Part shown: piece by piece, positions 26,921 to 36,567 of the stretch
How the letters are laid out: the number at the start of each line of letters is the position of its first letter
How positions within the stretch are numbered: position 1 is the first letter of the stretch
Sequence record: OR352946.1
Source: Escherichia phage AV116
Length of the DNA: 64,000 nucleotides
Direction: 5' to 3' (one strand)
The notes under the pieces: model-generated
The model's input: the letters and a program-made list of their open reading frames with translations, nothing else
Told to the model about the DNA's origin: nothing
Database searches by the model: none
Position numbers and translations under genes: made by a program

Positions 26921-28363
26921 TTAAAATTTTAACTCGTTGGCTAAGCTATCTAGGTCAGCACGTGTTGCTTTGGCTTTACCTACGCGTTCCGTACGATTCA
27001 CCTCTGCCTGACGCATCTGAGCACCTGCGTTTTCATTTACTGTGTTAGGTGTGTTCATGCCTTCTTGCTCAATCTCAACCCATTTCTGATTGCCTTTACG
27101 TACACCCATCAGGAATTTATTCCACTTATTCTTATCACCATATCGTGATTTGATTTGTTTGATAAGTTGTTGTTCAGCTTGTGCAAGTTCTTCGGTTTCA
27201 ATTACGGCCAACATGAAATCTGCCGTTGCTGGTAAACCTGCTGATTCTGCAATATCACTCATGTTCATGTCTGAAGCATCCCATGCTGCACGTCCTACTT
27301 GAGCTGCAGTCCATAGAACTGTTTCAGATTCTACTGCTAATGCACGAAGTTCTTCTGCGATAGCTTTAACTAATGTGTAGCTATTTTCAGTGTAAACTCT
27401 GATACGACAAGACCCACAAATACCTAAGTAATCAACCATGATTACAGATGGCACAAAGTTCTTCTTGAGTTTCAATTCATTAAGCAATGCACGGAATGTA
27501 TTAGCATTAGCTCCGCCAGTAGGATACTGTTTAACTACTAAACGTCCTAATGTGGATTTTGAACGCCATTTTTCCATCTTGGCTTTATATTCAGCATAAG
27601 ATACGTTACCATCATCAATATCATCGAGCGATACGTCAAGCATGTTTGCATCTATACGCTTAGCACAAACTTCTTCAGCCATTTCCATAGAAATATAAAG
27701 AACATTATGACCTGTTTGAAGATAATCTGCAGCAAGTGAACAAAGGCCTAAAGATTTACCAACGTTAACACCGGCCATTAAAACATTCAGTGTACCGGTT
27801 TCAGCACCACCTTTAGTGATTTTATTCAAAATGTTTAATTTGAACGGGACCTTACGTGCTTTGTTCAGATAAGAAAGCCAGCGTGCTTCATAGTCTTCCA
27901 TCCAGTCATGTCCAACATAACTATCGAACGAAATTGAAAGTGCTTGACGCATAATATCAGGAATAGCTCCTACGTCAGGCATTTTCTTGTTACGTTGTTC
28001 TGGAGGTAGTTCAGCATTAGACTGAATCTCAATGATTTTGGACGTAGCATTATACATCGCTTTTTGCTGGACATATTTCTCAGTTTCTTTAACCAACCAT
28101 TCATGGTCTTCAGGAATATCAGCCAATTTTTCAATTAGGTCTGAAGTTCCTTTATATTCGGCTTCAGTTAAAGAACTGTTATCTAAAGCCACCTTTAATG
28201 CATTGATAGATGGCATTGCATTATATTCATTAACGTGGCTCTTTATAATTTTAAAGACGTTTTTTGCCGGTCCACGCTCAAAATACTCAGAATCCATATA
28301 AGGCCATACCTTAGAAAAATAAGCCTGGTCGTATACTAGATGAGACAAAATAATTTCTACCAC
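26921..28363 (-). CDS. 41: replicative DNA helicase (gp41, DnaB-like)
   Basis: 480 aa; Walker A LMAGVNVGKS; T4 gp41-like throughout. Confidence 0.9.
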   Translation of the reverse strand: MVEIILSHLVYDQAYFSKVWPYMDSEYFERGPAKNVFKIIKSHVNEYNAMPSINALKVALDNSSLTEAEYKGTSDLIEKLADIPEDHEWLVKETEKYVQQKAMYNATSKIIEIQSNAELPPEQRNKKMPDVGAIPDIMRQALSISFDSYVGHDWMEDYEARWLSYLNKARKVPFKLNILNKITKGGAETGTLNVLMAGVNVGKSLGLCSLAADYLQTGHNVLYISMEMAEEVCAKRIDANMLDVSLDDIDDGNVSYAEYKAKMEKWRSKSTLGRLVVKQYPTGGANANTFRALLNELKLKKNFVPSVIMVDYLGICGSCRIRVYTENSYTLVKAIAEELRALAVESETVLWTAAQVGRAAWDASDMNMSDIAESAGLPATADFMLAVIETEELAQAEQQLIKQIKSRYGDKNKWNKFLMGVRKGNQKWVEIEQEGMNTPNTVNENAGAQMRQAEVNRTERVGKAKATRADLDSLANELKF

Positions 28364-28372
28364 GATAACTCC

Positions 28373-28735
28373 TTAAAAGAATTTAAATTTTTTCTTGGTT
28401 CGTTCATTAAAAGCTTGTTGTACTTGCATTGTAACACATTTTTCAACATGTGGTGCAAGTTCTGCTTTTCTGTCCTGGTCAAGAACTGCAAAGTCCATTA
28501 CGATTTTACCATCAACCCAGTCTAGTTTTGTAATATAGACTATATGATGGGAACCGTCTTCAAGTGTAATCAGAATCTCTTGAATGACATTTTCCATTGC
28601 TGAACGGATAATTTTAAGAGATTCATTAAACACTCGTTCTTTGCGAATGTCCTCCCCTTCCGAAGAAGGGGATTCATCAACGATTTCTAGATTTAAATCA
28701 TCGAGATTATTCATCGAAATCTTCCATTTCGTCAA
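28373..28735 (-). CDS. 40: gp40-like protein (head vertex assembly chaperone position)
   Basis: 120-aa ORF between 41 and uvsX as in T4. Confidence 0.5.
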   Translation of the reverse strand: MTKWKISMNNLDDLNLEIVDESPSSEGEDIRKERVFNESLKIIRSAMENVIQEILITLEDGSHHIVYITKLDWVDGKIVMDFAVLDQDRKAELAPHVEKCVTMQVQQAFNERTKKKFKFF

Positions 28736-29879
28736 GGTCGTTTTCTATATCTGCTGCAGACGGAGCATCAGAAGTTTTAACCGGAACTTTAGTTGTTGCT
28801 TTGCAATTAATAAGGTCGTTAACAGCGTCATCAACTTCTTTAATAGAAGAGATAGCACCTAGTTTATATTTAGTTTCAATTGCATCTCGGAAAGGTTTGT
28901 GTTTAAACAAAGGTCCCCAGAATTCTACACAATCAGTAGCTTTAGCACGCCATGATTTTTCTTCACGAATCATTTCACCTGTTTCTTCGTCAAGGAATTC
29001 ACGAGCATACCAACCGGCTTTAGGCTTAACTACAAAACCAATTTCAGTTGCCATTTCTAACAAGCCACTGAATGGGTCAATACCGCCATCAAAATTAACC
29101 GTGATCGGGAAAGTAGATTTCTCTTTAACTGTACGAGATTTTTCCGCTTTCAACGTGAAGTCATAACCGGTCAATTCTGTACCTTCTTTAACCTGACGTT
29201 TAGAGATAAAAAATACCGTGTTGGCAGAATAAAGAATACCTGTACCACCGCCCATAATCTCTTTAGGATACAATCCGCCGATTTCCATTGCTGTATGGTT
29301 AATTGCAACACATGGAATATCTTTAATAGTCAGATAAGGAGTCACAATGCGGAACAGAGATTTAAGTGCCTTAGCACGAGACATATCACCTACAACTTTC
29401 TCGTTCAACGCATCTTCGGTTTCTTTCTTAGATGCAGTATTACCGATTGAATCGATAAAGATAATAACTTTATCACCGCGTTCAATAGCGTCAAGCTGAT
29501 TAGTCATATCAACTTTAAGTTGTTCGACAGATTGAATCGGAGTATGAACTACACGGTCTAAATCAACACCCATTGAACGAAAATAAGATTCTGAAGCACC
29601 GAATTCTGAGTCATAAAACAAACAGATTGCATCTTTATATTTCTTCATATACGCTGCAACCATAGTTAGTCCAAACAACGTTTTAAAGTGTTTAGAAGGA
29701 GCAGCAAAAATAGTTAAGCCTGATTGCAATCCTGCATTCAGAGCACCACCTAATGCAATATTCAACATCGGAATACGAGTAGGGACTTCATCACGATTAT
29801 TAAACAGCTTAGACTTAGTCAAGTCTGCAGTCATTTTAGAAGTAGAAGCTTTAATCAGACGAGATTTTAAATCAGACAT
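28707..29879 (-). CDS. uvsX: UvsX recombinase (RecA-like)
   Basis: 390 aa; RecA core with acidic C-terminus; T4 UvsX-like. Confidence 0.9.
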   Translation of the reverse strand: MSDLKSRLIKASTSKMTADLTKSKLFNNRDEVPTRIPMLNIALGGALNAGLQSGLTIFAAPSKHFKTLFGLTMVAAYMKKYKDAICLFYDSEFGASESYFRSMGVDLDRVVHTPIQSVEQLKVDMTNQLDAIERGDKVIIFIDSIGNTASKKETEDALNEKVVGDMSRAKALKSLFRIVTPYLTIKDIPCVAINHTAMEIGGLYPKEIMGGGTGILYSANTVFFISKRQVKEGTELTGYDFTLKAEKSRTVKEKSTFPITVNFDGGIDPFSGLLEMATEIGFVVKPKAGWYAREFLDEETGEMIREEKSWRAKATDCVEFWGPLFKHKPFRDAIETKYKLGAISSIKEVDDAVNDLINCKATTKVPVKTSDAPSAADIENDLDEMEDFDE

Positions 29880-29932
29880 TGTATTTTTCCATAGGCATCA
29901 TTATATTTTACTCATGTTTAAAAGATAAGATG

Positions 29933-29960
29933 ATTATATACTAAGGGTTATACAGCATTT
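29933..29960 (-). promoter_or_regulatory. candidate MotA-dependent middle promoter upstream of uvsX
   Basis: Minus aaATGCTGTA-N12-TATAAT (MotA-box-like at -30). Confidence 0.25.
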
Positions 29961-29977
29961 AAAACTTTAAATGGCTC

Positions 29978-30526
29978 TTAACGAGCCCATTTGATAATTT
30001 CTGTAATCAAATAATTACGTTCGCTTGCATTAAATCCTATAACTTTGTTAGCACCATCATGATTAAGTAATTGATACGTTTGGATTTTGTTATGAATTGC
30101 AAACTCTTCAAAATGTGAAATGACTGTATTAAAACCGAATGAAGACAAAGTAATAAGGTCGTCTTCAAAACTTTCAGTCATTTCGTTACGTGTTAAAATA
30201 ATTGTGAACACATCATGGTTTTGGCAAAGACGAACATAATCCTGTTCATAAACGTCAAGAACCGAGTCCGCATCTTGTCGAATACGTCCATAAACCCAGT
30301 TACTAATATATCCACGGTCTAATAGATAAATCTTAGTAGGGTCTAAATAATTCAACATTGTTTCGAAACAGCCAACTTCATTTCGAGACTTAACATCGAA
30401 ACGTCCATCAACCGTTCGTTTAGGGAAATCAATCTTTACATATCTTTCACTAATTTCCATTATGTCATTAATGAAAGTTGTTTTACCAGCATTATCTGGG
30501 CCATCTACTAAAATAATTTTAGCCAT
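29978..30526 (-). CDS. P-loop kinase-like protein
   Basis: 182 aa; Walker A ILVDGPDNAGKTT, Walker B IYLLDRG. Confidence 0.5.
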   Translation of the reverse strand: MAKIILVDGPDNAGKTTFINDIMEISERYVKIDFPKRTVDGRFDVKSRNEVGCFETMLNYLDPTKIYLLDRGYISNWVYGRIRQDADSVLDVYEQDYVRLCQNHDVFTIILTRNEMTESFEDDLITLSSFGFNTVISHFEEFAIHNKIQTYQLLNHDGANKVIGFNASERNYLITEIIKWAR

Positions 30527-30527
30527 T

Positions 30528-31427
30528 TTATTCCTCGATTACGACATCTTCGTATTTAGGTATATTATACGGTGAAGAAATTAAAGCGTTAAAGTAGATG
30601 AACTCACCAAGACCTGGATGGAATACTTCTTCAGGATTTTCGAAATATTGAATCTTCGGACGTCCTTTAAGAATTTGATAGTACTCAGTTTTAGTTGGTT
30701 TAAAAATTCGAATCAACGCTTCTTCAGGATACTTATTTCTGTCGAAGCTATTATTTGGATCGGTTATATAAAGCGGTTGGCCTAATTGAATTGCACATTC
30801 AACCACTTGTTCAAAACGATAGCACGGGTCACTAATTCGAAATGGATGAAAAATACCATCTAGATGAATAGGAGCCAAATCACCTACAAGACGCTGCATG
30901 ATGGAAGGACGTATAACTTTCTGCGTTACGATAATCTTATTACCATCTGCACCTGCGTTAACCAGCACTTCTTTTTGACGTTCATTCAACACAGTAGTTT
31001 GAAGTGAACGATTAACCGACAACATATCAGTTTTTAAGAATTCGTCAATATAAAAACGTGGTTTATTAGGGTCTGCAGTGATATTGAAATTGAATTCTAC
31101 ATCAAAAGCGCCGTCATATCCAGTGATATCTGTGATTAGAAAATCACAATCATAATAAGCAATTAATGAATCAACCACAAATTCATTTTCAGACCAGAAA
31201 TATTTACGAGTGTTATACGCGTTATCTTTATACCATAATGGAACAAACTTAAATTCTGGAAAAAGACGTTCGCATTCTTTAATATCAGATGCATTACGTG
31301 GATATGTAATCACATCACCCGGATTAGCACGGTGCAAATGAAGTTGGAAGTTGCCATCCTTAAGGATAGCATACTGTCCAGTTTCATAAGACCGCATACT
31401 CAAGATAGGTACGCGGAAAATAGCCAT
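30528..31427 (-). CDS. hypothetical protein at the beta-glucosyltransferase locus (candidate DNA sugar transferase)
   Basis: 299-aa ORF between uvsX and gene 42 where T4 carries beta-gt; no recognisable GT motif. Confidence 0.4.
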   Translation of the reverse strand: MAIFRVPILSMRSYETGQYAILKDGNFQLHLHRANPGDVITYPRNASDIKECERLFPEFKFVPLWYKDNAYNTRKYFWSENEFVVDSLIAYYDCDFLITDITGYDGAFDVEFNFNITADPNKPRFYIDEFLKTDMLSVNRSLQTTVLNERQKEVLVNAGADGNKIIVTQKVIRPSIMQRLVGDLAPIHLDGIFHPFRISDPCYRFEQVVECAIQLGQPLYITDPNNSFDRNKYPEEALIRIFKPTKTEYYQILKGRPKIQYFENPEEVFHPGLGEFIYFNALISSPYNIPKYEDVVIEE

Positions 31428-32143
31428 TAGTCAAGGAATCCTTTAACATAATCAAAATCACGTTCAAACACATGGGCACTTACCATGGTATGAGTATAAT
31501 CACCAACTTCTACACCACATTCGTTAGCGATATAATGAAGTAATTTTCCTTGGAGATAAAAATCCAACTGCATAACAACAGCACAGTTCTGGGAACGCAT
31601 ATGACAGTGGGTATAAAGCTTACCGTCACGAATATAATAGGTCACTGAGTCAGTACATGGATATTCAAGCGTTTCGTCTGAATCAAGCAAAGCCTGATCA
31701 GAACTTTCTAGAATTTGGAACACAACTCTTCGGGAGTTAGGCTTCTCTTTAAGTTCTTTTAGAAGAGCTGGTAATTGAGCCGCAATGCGAGGACCATAGA
31801 AAGTGTTGAAGTTCGCCGGCAAAACATCTGATTTTGGTTTAGAAATAAATTTAGCGACATTAGGATATGCCTTAAACGCTTCTTCTGCATTGGTACCACC
31901 AGAAATCATAAACTTCCAGAAGTCTTCGGCATATTCATAAGAGATGCGGTTAATACGTGGGTCGGTCATTTTGAATGATGATGGAGTGTCAACAACTACT
32001 GTCATAGACCCAATTTCATTACAACGTCCAATACGAGAATCAGTTACGAATTCCGGGTTTTCTAAAATTTCACGATTGACTGCTTTAAATGCGGTTTGAA
32101 AATCTGCGGCTTTGATATATTTCATTGTGTTATGTTTTCCCAT
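31427..32143 (-). CDS. 42: dCMP hydroxymethylase (gp42, thymidylate-synthase fold)
   Basis: 238 aa; ...RRVVFQILESSDQ...YPCTDSVTYYIRDGKLYTHCHMRSQN... TS-like active-site region. Confidence 0.6.
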   Translation of the reverse strand: MGKHNTMKYIKAADFQTAFKAVNREILENPEFVTDSRIGRCNEIGSMTVVVDTPSSFKMTDPRINRISYEYAEDFWKFMISGGTNAEEAFKAYPNVAKFISKPKSDVLPANFNTFYGPRIAAQLPALLKELKEKPNSRRVVFQILESSDQALLDSDETLEYPCTDSVTYYIRDGKLYTHCHMRSQNCAVVMQLDFYLQGKLLHYIANECGVEVGDYTHTMVSAHVFERDFDYVKGFLD

Positions 32144-32162
32144 GTTTACCTCAATACAATTT

Positions 32163-32188
32163 ATTATATACTCAATTCGTAAAGCTTA
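32163..32188 (-). promoter_or_regulatory. candidate MotA-dependent middle promoter upstream of gene 42
   Basis: Minus AAGCTTTA-N11-TATAAT. Confidence 0.25.
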
Positions 32189-32325
32189 TTTGAATTTCTT
32201 GACAATGTTGATATAACGTAAAGCTTCAGCATCGATACTTCCAAGAACACTATGAAGAAATGCGTCAGCGTAGTATTCCAATTGAACAGGTTTCTTTAAT
32301 CACTTTAGCCGCTTTAGTTTTAAAC

Positions 32326-32345
32326 AGGCCCATCAGGGCCTTTTT
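32326..32345. other. hairpin with plus-side T-run (terminator-like, orientation ambiguous)
   Basis: aggcccATCAgggcct then tttt on plus strand. Confidence 0.3.
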
Positions 32346-32422
32346 AAGAATTTGTTCGTTAGTGTTCAGTTTAATAGTCAAAATCTCTTCGTTAAGTTTA
32401 TAATTAAAAGTTTTTCTAGAAA

Positions 32423-33592
32423 TCATTCCGGGTACCTCAAAGCGTCATCAGAGTTAGTTATATCAATAATAGATATAGAGTTTTCTGCTAACCCGTTTTT
32501 AGATAATTGACGTTTATAATATCTTTCACAATATGTACACGTCGTCCCGCAGATTTCATTAGCACAATCGAAATCTGGATGTCTGAACCACCTTTTTTCT
32601 AAAAAGCCATCTAACAAAGAGGTTTCAATATTTACTGTATGTGAAAACTCAGTTTCGTTTTCAAGAGTGAAAATGGTCTCTAAAGGCTTCCACAGTTCTA
32701 ACAAATTACCTTCAAACTTTTCAGAAGCGTATGCTTCAAGAACTTTCAAAATGTAGTCTGTGCTACCTGTACGTCCTGAAACTTTGAATTGAGTGATACC
32801 AATATCATTATAAAGTTTCAAATCTTGAGGACGAACAAAACGAGTTCTCAACCAGTTAAATGGGTCTGTATCACGAGCTTTAATACAGTGCTGCATAGGA
32901 TATCCGTTTAAGGATTTAGCATCATCAGCGGTAACATCAGTACTATGGAAAATATAGCAAGAGTCACGATAGCTACAATGTGTTGTATACCCTTTACCAG
33001 CATTAGAACAGAACTCATTTACAAGAACTTCAAATATTATATTGTTCTTATTGCAAAACTCTGCTGCACGCTTCAGGAAAGAAACTGAACGGTTCTTATG
33101 AATTCCGCAGCAGACCTTTTTGATATTATACTGGTCATGCAAGTATTTGATTTGAGTTACAGCATCGACATGTAGAATTGTTGAAACTTCAATCTCAATG
33201 TCTTTATTGACTTCACGAACAATTTCCATAACAACAGGGTTAGCGATAGTAATACGCCATACGCCTATTGACCAAAGATACTGAACATAATCCTGAATAG
33301 CTTTCTTCTTCCACTCAACTAGTTCTCTTTTTGAACCAGGATTTATCGTGTTGAGTGTATAGTTAAAGCAAATACCTAATTCGTTACAACGTTTAACGTA
33401 GTCTTCTAACATCTTTTTGTCAACGTCAGGAAGCCTAAAATCAGGTCTGGCTGCTACAAAAGCCATTTCTCTTGTAGAGCCATATACTTCGTTTATCAAG
33501 CTATTAGGATAGGTTTTATTGAGCTCTACGATTTTATCAAGAAGAGCTAAATCAAAATTCGTTCCGATTTTAAAAGTATTCATTTTTTGCAT
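32423..33592 (-). CDS. Cys-rich protein of unknown function (weak peptidase-U32/TIM-barrel-like pattern)
   Basis: 389 aa; NEFCSNAGKGYTTHCSYRDSC and C-terminal CANEICGTTCTYC clusters; part of sugar cassette. Confidence 0.4.
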   Translation of the reverse strand: MQKMNTFKIGTNFDLALLDKIVELNKTYPNSLINEVYGSTREMAFVAARPDFRLPDVDKKMLEDYVKRCNELGICFNYTLNTINPGSKRELVEWKKKAIQDYVQYLWSIGVWRITIANPVVMEIVREVNKDIEIEVSTILHVDAVTQIKYLHDQYNIKKVCCGIHKNRSVSFLKRAAEFCNKNNIIFEVLVNEFCSNAGKGYTTHCSYRDSCYIFHSTDVTADDAKSLNGYPMQHCIKARDTDPFNWLRTRFVRPQDLKLYNDIGITQFKVSGRTGSTDYILKVLEAYASEKFEGNLLELWKPLETIFTLENETEFSHTVNIETSLLDGFLEKRWFRHPDFDCANEICGTTCTYCERYYKRQLSKNGLAENSISIIDITNSDDALRYPE

Positions 33593-33638
33593 CTCGCGTT
33601 AATTGATGCGATGGTTTTTGCAGGTCTTACTTAAATTA

Positions 33639-34040
33639 TTATAGATTCGGTTTATACGATTTAAATGTTTCGAATTCGCCTTTATTCATAAGAGCTTTGA
33701 ATTCGTCAGGACGCATAGCTTTGTCGTCGATAATCCAATCATATACTGGTTTATGTGTTAGCAAATTATGGTACTTCAAGCCAATGTTTGCCAAGTTCTG
33801 AATCAGACTTGGGAGAATGTCAATTGCTATACGTCCAGGACCTACTGACTTCATACCGCGAGCAGTGTAAAGCGTTATGGTATGCCCTGCATCATACAGG
33901 GCATTAATGGCAGACACCATTTCGACGTCTGGTTTGAAGTTCACGTAATCACGATTGTTATTCCACTCTGTTATACAATCATCGACATCAAAACAAAGAT
34001 TAAGCATGTTTTCTACACGGTGCATTAGATTCGTTCCCAT
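33639..34040 (-). CDS. HAD-superfamily phosphatase (small)
   Basis: 133 aa; motif I FDVDDC, motif II TLYTARG, motif IV DWIIDDK. Confidence 0.55.
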   Translation of the reverse strand: MGTNLMHRVENMLNLCFDVDDCITEWNNNRDYVNFKPDVEMVSAINALYDAGHTITLYTARGMKSVGPGRIAIDILPSLIQNLANIGLKYHNLLTHKPVYDWIIDDKAMRPDEFKALMNKGEFETFKSYKPNL

Positions 34041-35710
34041 TGATGAGTGATATCGCCACCGATTGGACGATAGGAAACACCAGTTTCTTTATCAGTTAGT
34101 ACCCATTTACCAGGATTTTTTGTAATCAGAGTAGCCGTTACAGGTTCTGCTACGTCATAACTAATAGAGCCGTCCTGAAGTACACGGCCCATGTTACGTA
34201 ATTGCTTAGTCAGAAGTTCCATACCTTTATAATATGCGGCTACCGCTTTAAGTGGATTATTCTTGAAATAACCACCTAATGCAATCCAGATAATTGCCAC
34301 AGCCAAATGATGATATTCATTAAACGAACTCAGCTTTCCATATTTGTAAACTAATGGATTGATGTTAATAGTCACATTACAAGTTGTTTCATCAATAGTA
34401 AACTGTCCCCAGGTCGGATTAGCATTGAATTCATCATAACCTGAAACAGCATAAAGCACTTTAGCTTCATCATACAATTTTGGCCCGTAAATCTTGGTTT
34501 CACCAAAATATCCACGAGGGTCGATAAATTTGACTTCGCCGTTATCAGTAATCATAGTATTACTGAAGTTCGGGTCACCATGAATAACAGAGTACTGTCC
34601 CTGAGAACGGTTATGATAACGAATAAGGTGTTCTAAAGCTTGTTTCAGCATTGGCTTCAGACGTCCAATCTTAGTGTAGTTCACATGTGTGATTTTACCA
34701 AATGAATCAATCAATGGTTGAATGCTTTCACAACGATCAATAACTTTCGTATAGAATTCTTTAGTGAAATCACGACGAACAGTTTCAGGACTTACAAAAT
34801 AAGTGTCTGTGCTGAATTTCAGTGCATCTAAAATTGCATCAACAATTTGTGGACGAGCAAGACTTGATTTGGATTTAATATATTCAAATGCCGGCTTACC
34901 TTTAATGCGTTCCATTTCAAAGTTATTTTCATTAACAGAAACTAACTGAGGAACTGAATCTGATTTCACTTTCAAATACCACGAAATCTCATCTTTCTGA
35001 AGAGCTCGACCTTGTTCAGTTAATGCGAATTTAGTTACAGTTTCTTCACCAATTTCAACTGCATTAAAACTACGATTAAGTTCACGAACTTCATGAGCCT
35101 TTTCAAGTTTAGGCATATCACCAAGGTCGATGATATTCATAAGCTCTGATTTATTGAATGCGCCGCTGTAAAGGAATTCTACGAAATCACGTCCTTTGCA
35201 GTATTCATGAATTTCCTCATCGGTAGAACCCATGTAGAATTCCCAGTCTTTGAACTGATAAATTCCTACAACATTACCACCTGTTGAACCTACGTTAGTG
35301 ATATTTTCACCGTCGAAATTATACCGACATTCATCACCCTTAACATAGATTGCGTTAACATTCCAAGACCATGAACCAAAATCAGGAATAATATCACACC
35401 AGTTAACAATTACATTATGGCCATCTAAATCTTTGTGTAATTTAGCAAGAGCATAAGCAGAACCATACGCTTCATCAACTGTACGAATAGTCACATTGAA
35501 CCCTTCTTGCTCACAATAAGCTCGAACAGTTTCAGCAAATTTTGAATGAACTACTACGATAATTTCATCTGCGCCAAGGTCAGAATAAATTGTATACAAA
35601 TTGCTCAGAATAGTGTCTTGTTTATAGTTAACAAGCACCTTAGGAATATGATGCGTTATTGGATACAAACGAGTTGCCAGTCCAGCACCAAGAATAACAG
35701 CTTTTTTCAT
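34025..35710 (-). CDS. bifunctional sugar-1-phosphate nucleotidyltransferase / APH-type kinase
   Basis: 561 aa; N-terminal MKKAVILGAGLATRLYPIT (G-x-G-x-x-T-R-L NTase motif); C-terminal HGDPNFSN Brenner motif of aminoglycoside/choline kinase family. Confidence 0.65.
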   Translation of the reverse strand: MKKAVILGAGLATRLYPITHHIPKVLVNYKQDTILSNLYTIYSDLGADEIIVVVHSKFAETVRAYCEQEGFNVTIRTVDEAYGSAYALAKLHKDLDGHNVIVNWCDIIPDFGSWSWNVNAIYVKGDECRYNFDGENITNVGSTGGNVVGIYQFKDWEFYMGSTDEEIHEYCKGRDFVEFLYSGAFNKSELMNIIDLGDMPKLEKAHEVRELNRSFNAVEIGEETVTKFALTEQGRALQKDEISWYLKVKSDSVPQLVSVNENNFEMERIKGKPAFEYIKSKSSLARPQIVDAILDALKFSTDTYFVSPETVRRDFTKEFYTKVIDRCESIQPLIDSFGKITHVNYTKIGRLKPMLKQALEHLIRYHNRSQGQYSVIHGDPNFSNTMITDNGEVKFIDPRGYFGETKIYGPKLYDEAKVLYAVSGYDEFNANPTWGQFTIDETTCNVTININPLVYKYGKLSSFNEYHHLAVAIIWIALGGYFKNNPLKAVAAYYKGMELLTKQLRNMGRVLQDGSISYDVAEPVTATLITKNPGKWVLTDKETGVSYRPIGGDITHQWERI

Positions 35711-35745
35711 GTTGAAGTCCTCATTGGTAAGTAGGAGTATTGTAC

Positions 35746-35895
35746 ACTATTCTAGTTAAAGCATTCATACTTTGCTTGTAGTCCAATCATAATCCATCCA
35801 ATCACAAGTGTTGGAATCATTACCGGAGCCGTTAAGCTCCAGTAGATAGTCATGACAAGCATCAATAGTAAAAGTCCTATTGTTATTGCTTTCAT
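35746..35895 (-). CDS. small membrane protein (49 aa), not in ORF track
   Basis: ATG 35895 overlaps upstream stop (ATGA); MKAITIGLLLLMLVMTIYWSLTAPVMIPTLVIGWIMIG... Confidence 0.35.
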
Positions 35896-36527
35896 TGTTC
35901 GCCTCGTAACATGGCACCTAGTGCACCGCCTGGATGGAACTTAAGGAAATCATTAGAGGTAAATCCACGTTCAGACGAAAGGTTGATAGCAAACGTATCG
36001 ATAAGCGCTAACAACAATGTAGTGGACATAGTCGGAGCTAAAGAGTTCTCGTCAACTTCTACCGCGATACCGGTACAGAACGTATAATCAAAAAGAGCTT
36101 CGTATTCTTGTGGAATGTCAGGGTTACAATGTAACAGAATCTGTTTAACCTGAGGACGAATCATACGAAGATGTTTAGCAACACCTATCATTTCTTCAGT
36201 CTTACCAGAACGACTGATGTGAACTAATACATCATTAGGTGCAATAAATCCTGCGTCACCATGAGAATAATGCCCAGTGTTCAAGTACATACTTGGGATA
36301 CCGAGTGAAGCAAAAGTCTCGGAAGCTTTAGTTGCGATATTAGCGTTCTTACCAACACCTGTAATAATTACCCGGCTTTCATAATTACTAAGTCCAGGGC
36401 GTCGAAGAGTTTCTAGAATAGCGTTATAACGAGCAGGGTTTTGACTAATTACTTTAGCCATAGTGGCAAGAGATGAAGCTTGTTTTACGATTGCGTCAAT
36501 AGCGATAGTGATTGGTGTAGTTTTCAT
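35892..36527 (-). CDS. SIS-domain sugar-phosphate isomerase, KdsD/GutQ-type (D-arabinose-5-phosphate isomerase-like), no CBS domains
   Basis: 211 aa; GVGKNANIATKASETFASLGIPS, HGDAG, ISRSGKT, LAPTMSTT, FHPGGALG align with API SIS domain. Confidence 0.7.
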   Translation of the reverse strand: MKTTPITIAIDAIVKQASSLATMAKVISQNPARYNAILETLRRPGLSNYESRVIITGVGKNANIATKASETFASLGIPSMYLNTGHYSHGDAGFIAPNDVLVHISRSGKTEEMIGVAKHLRMIRPQVKQILLHCNPDIPQEYEALFDYTFCTGIAVEVDENSLAPTMSTTLLLALIDTFAINLSSERGFTSNDFLKFHPGGALGAMLRGEQ

Positions 36528-36567
36528 ATTTCTCTCATTTAATTAGTTGGCCGTCCTTGGCATTATA

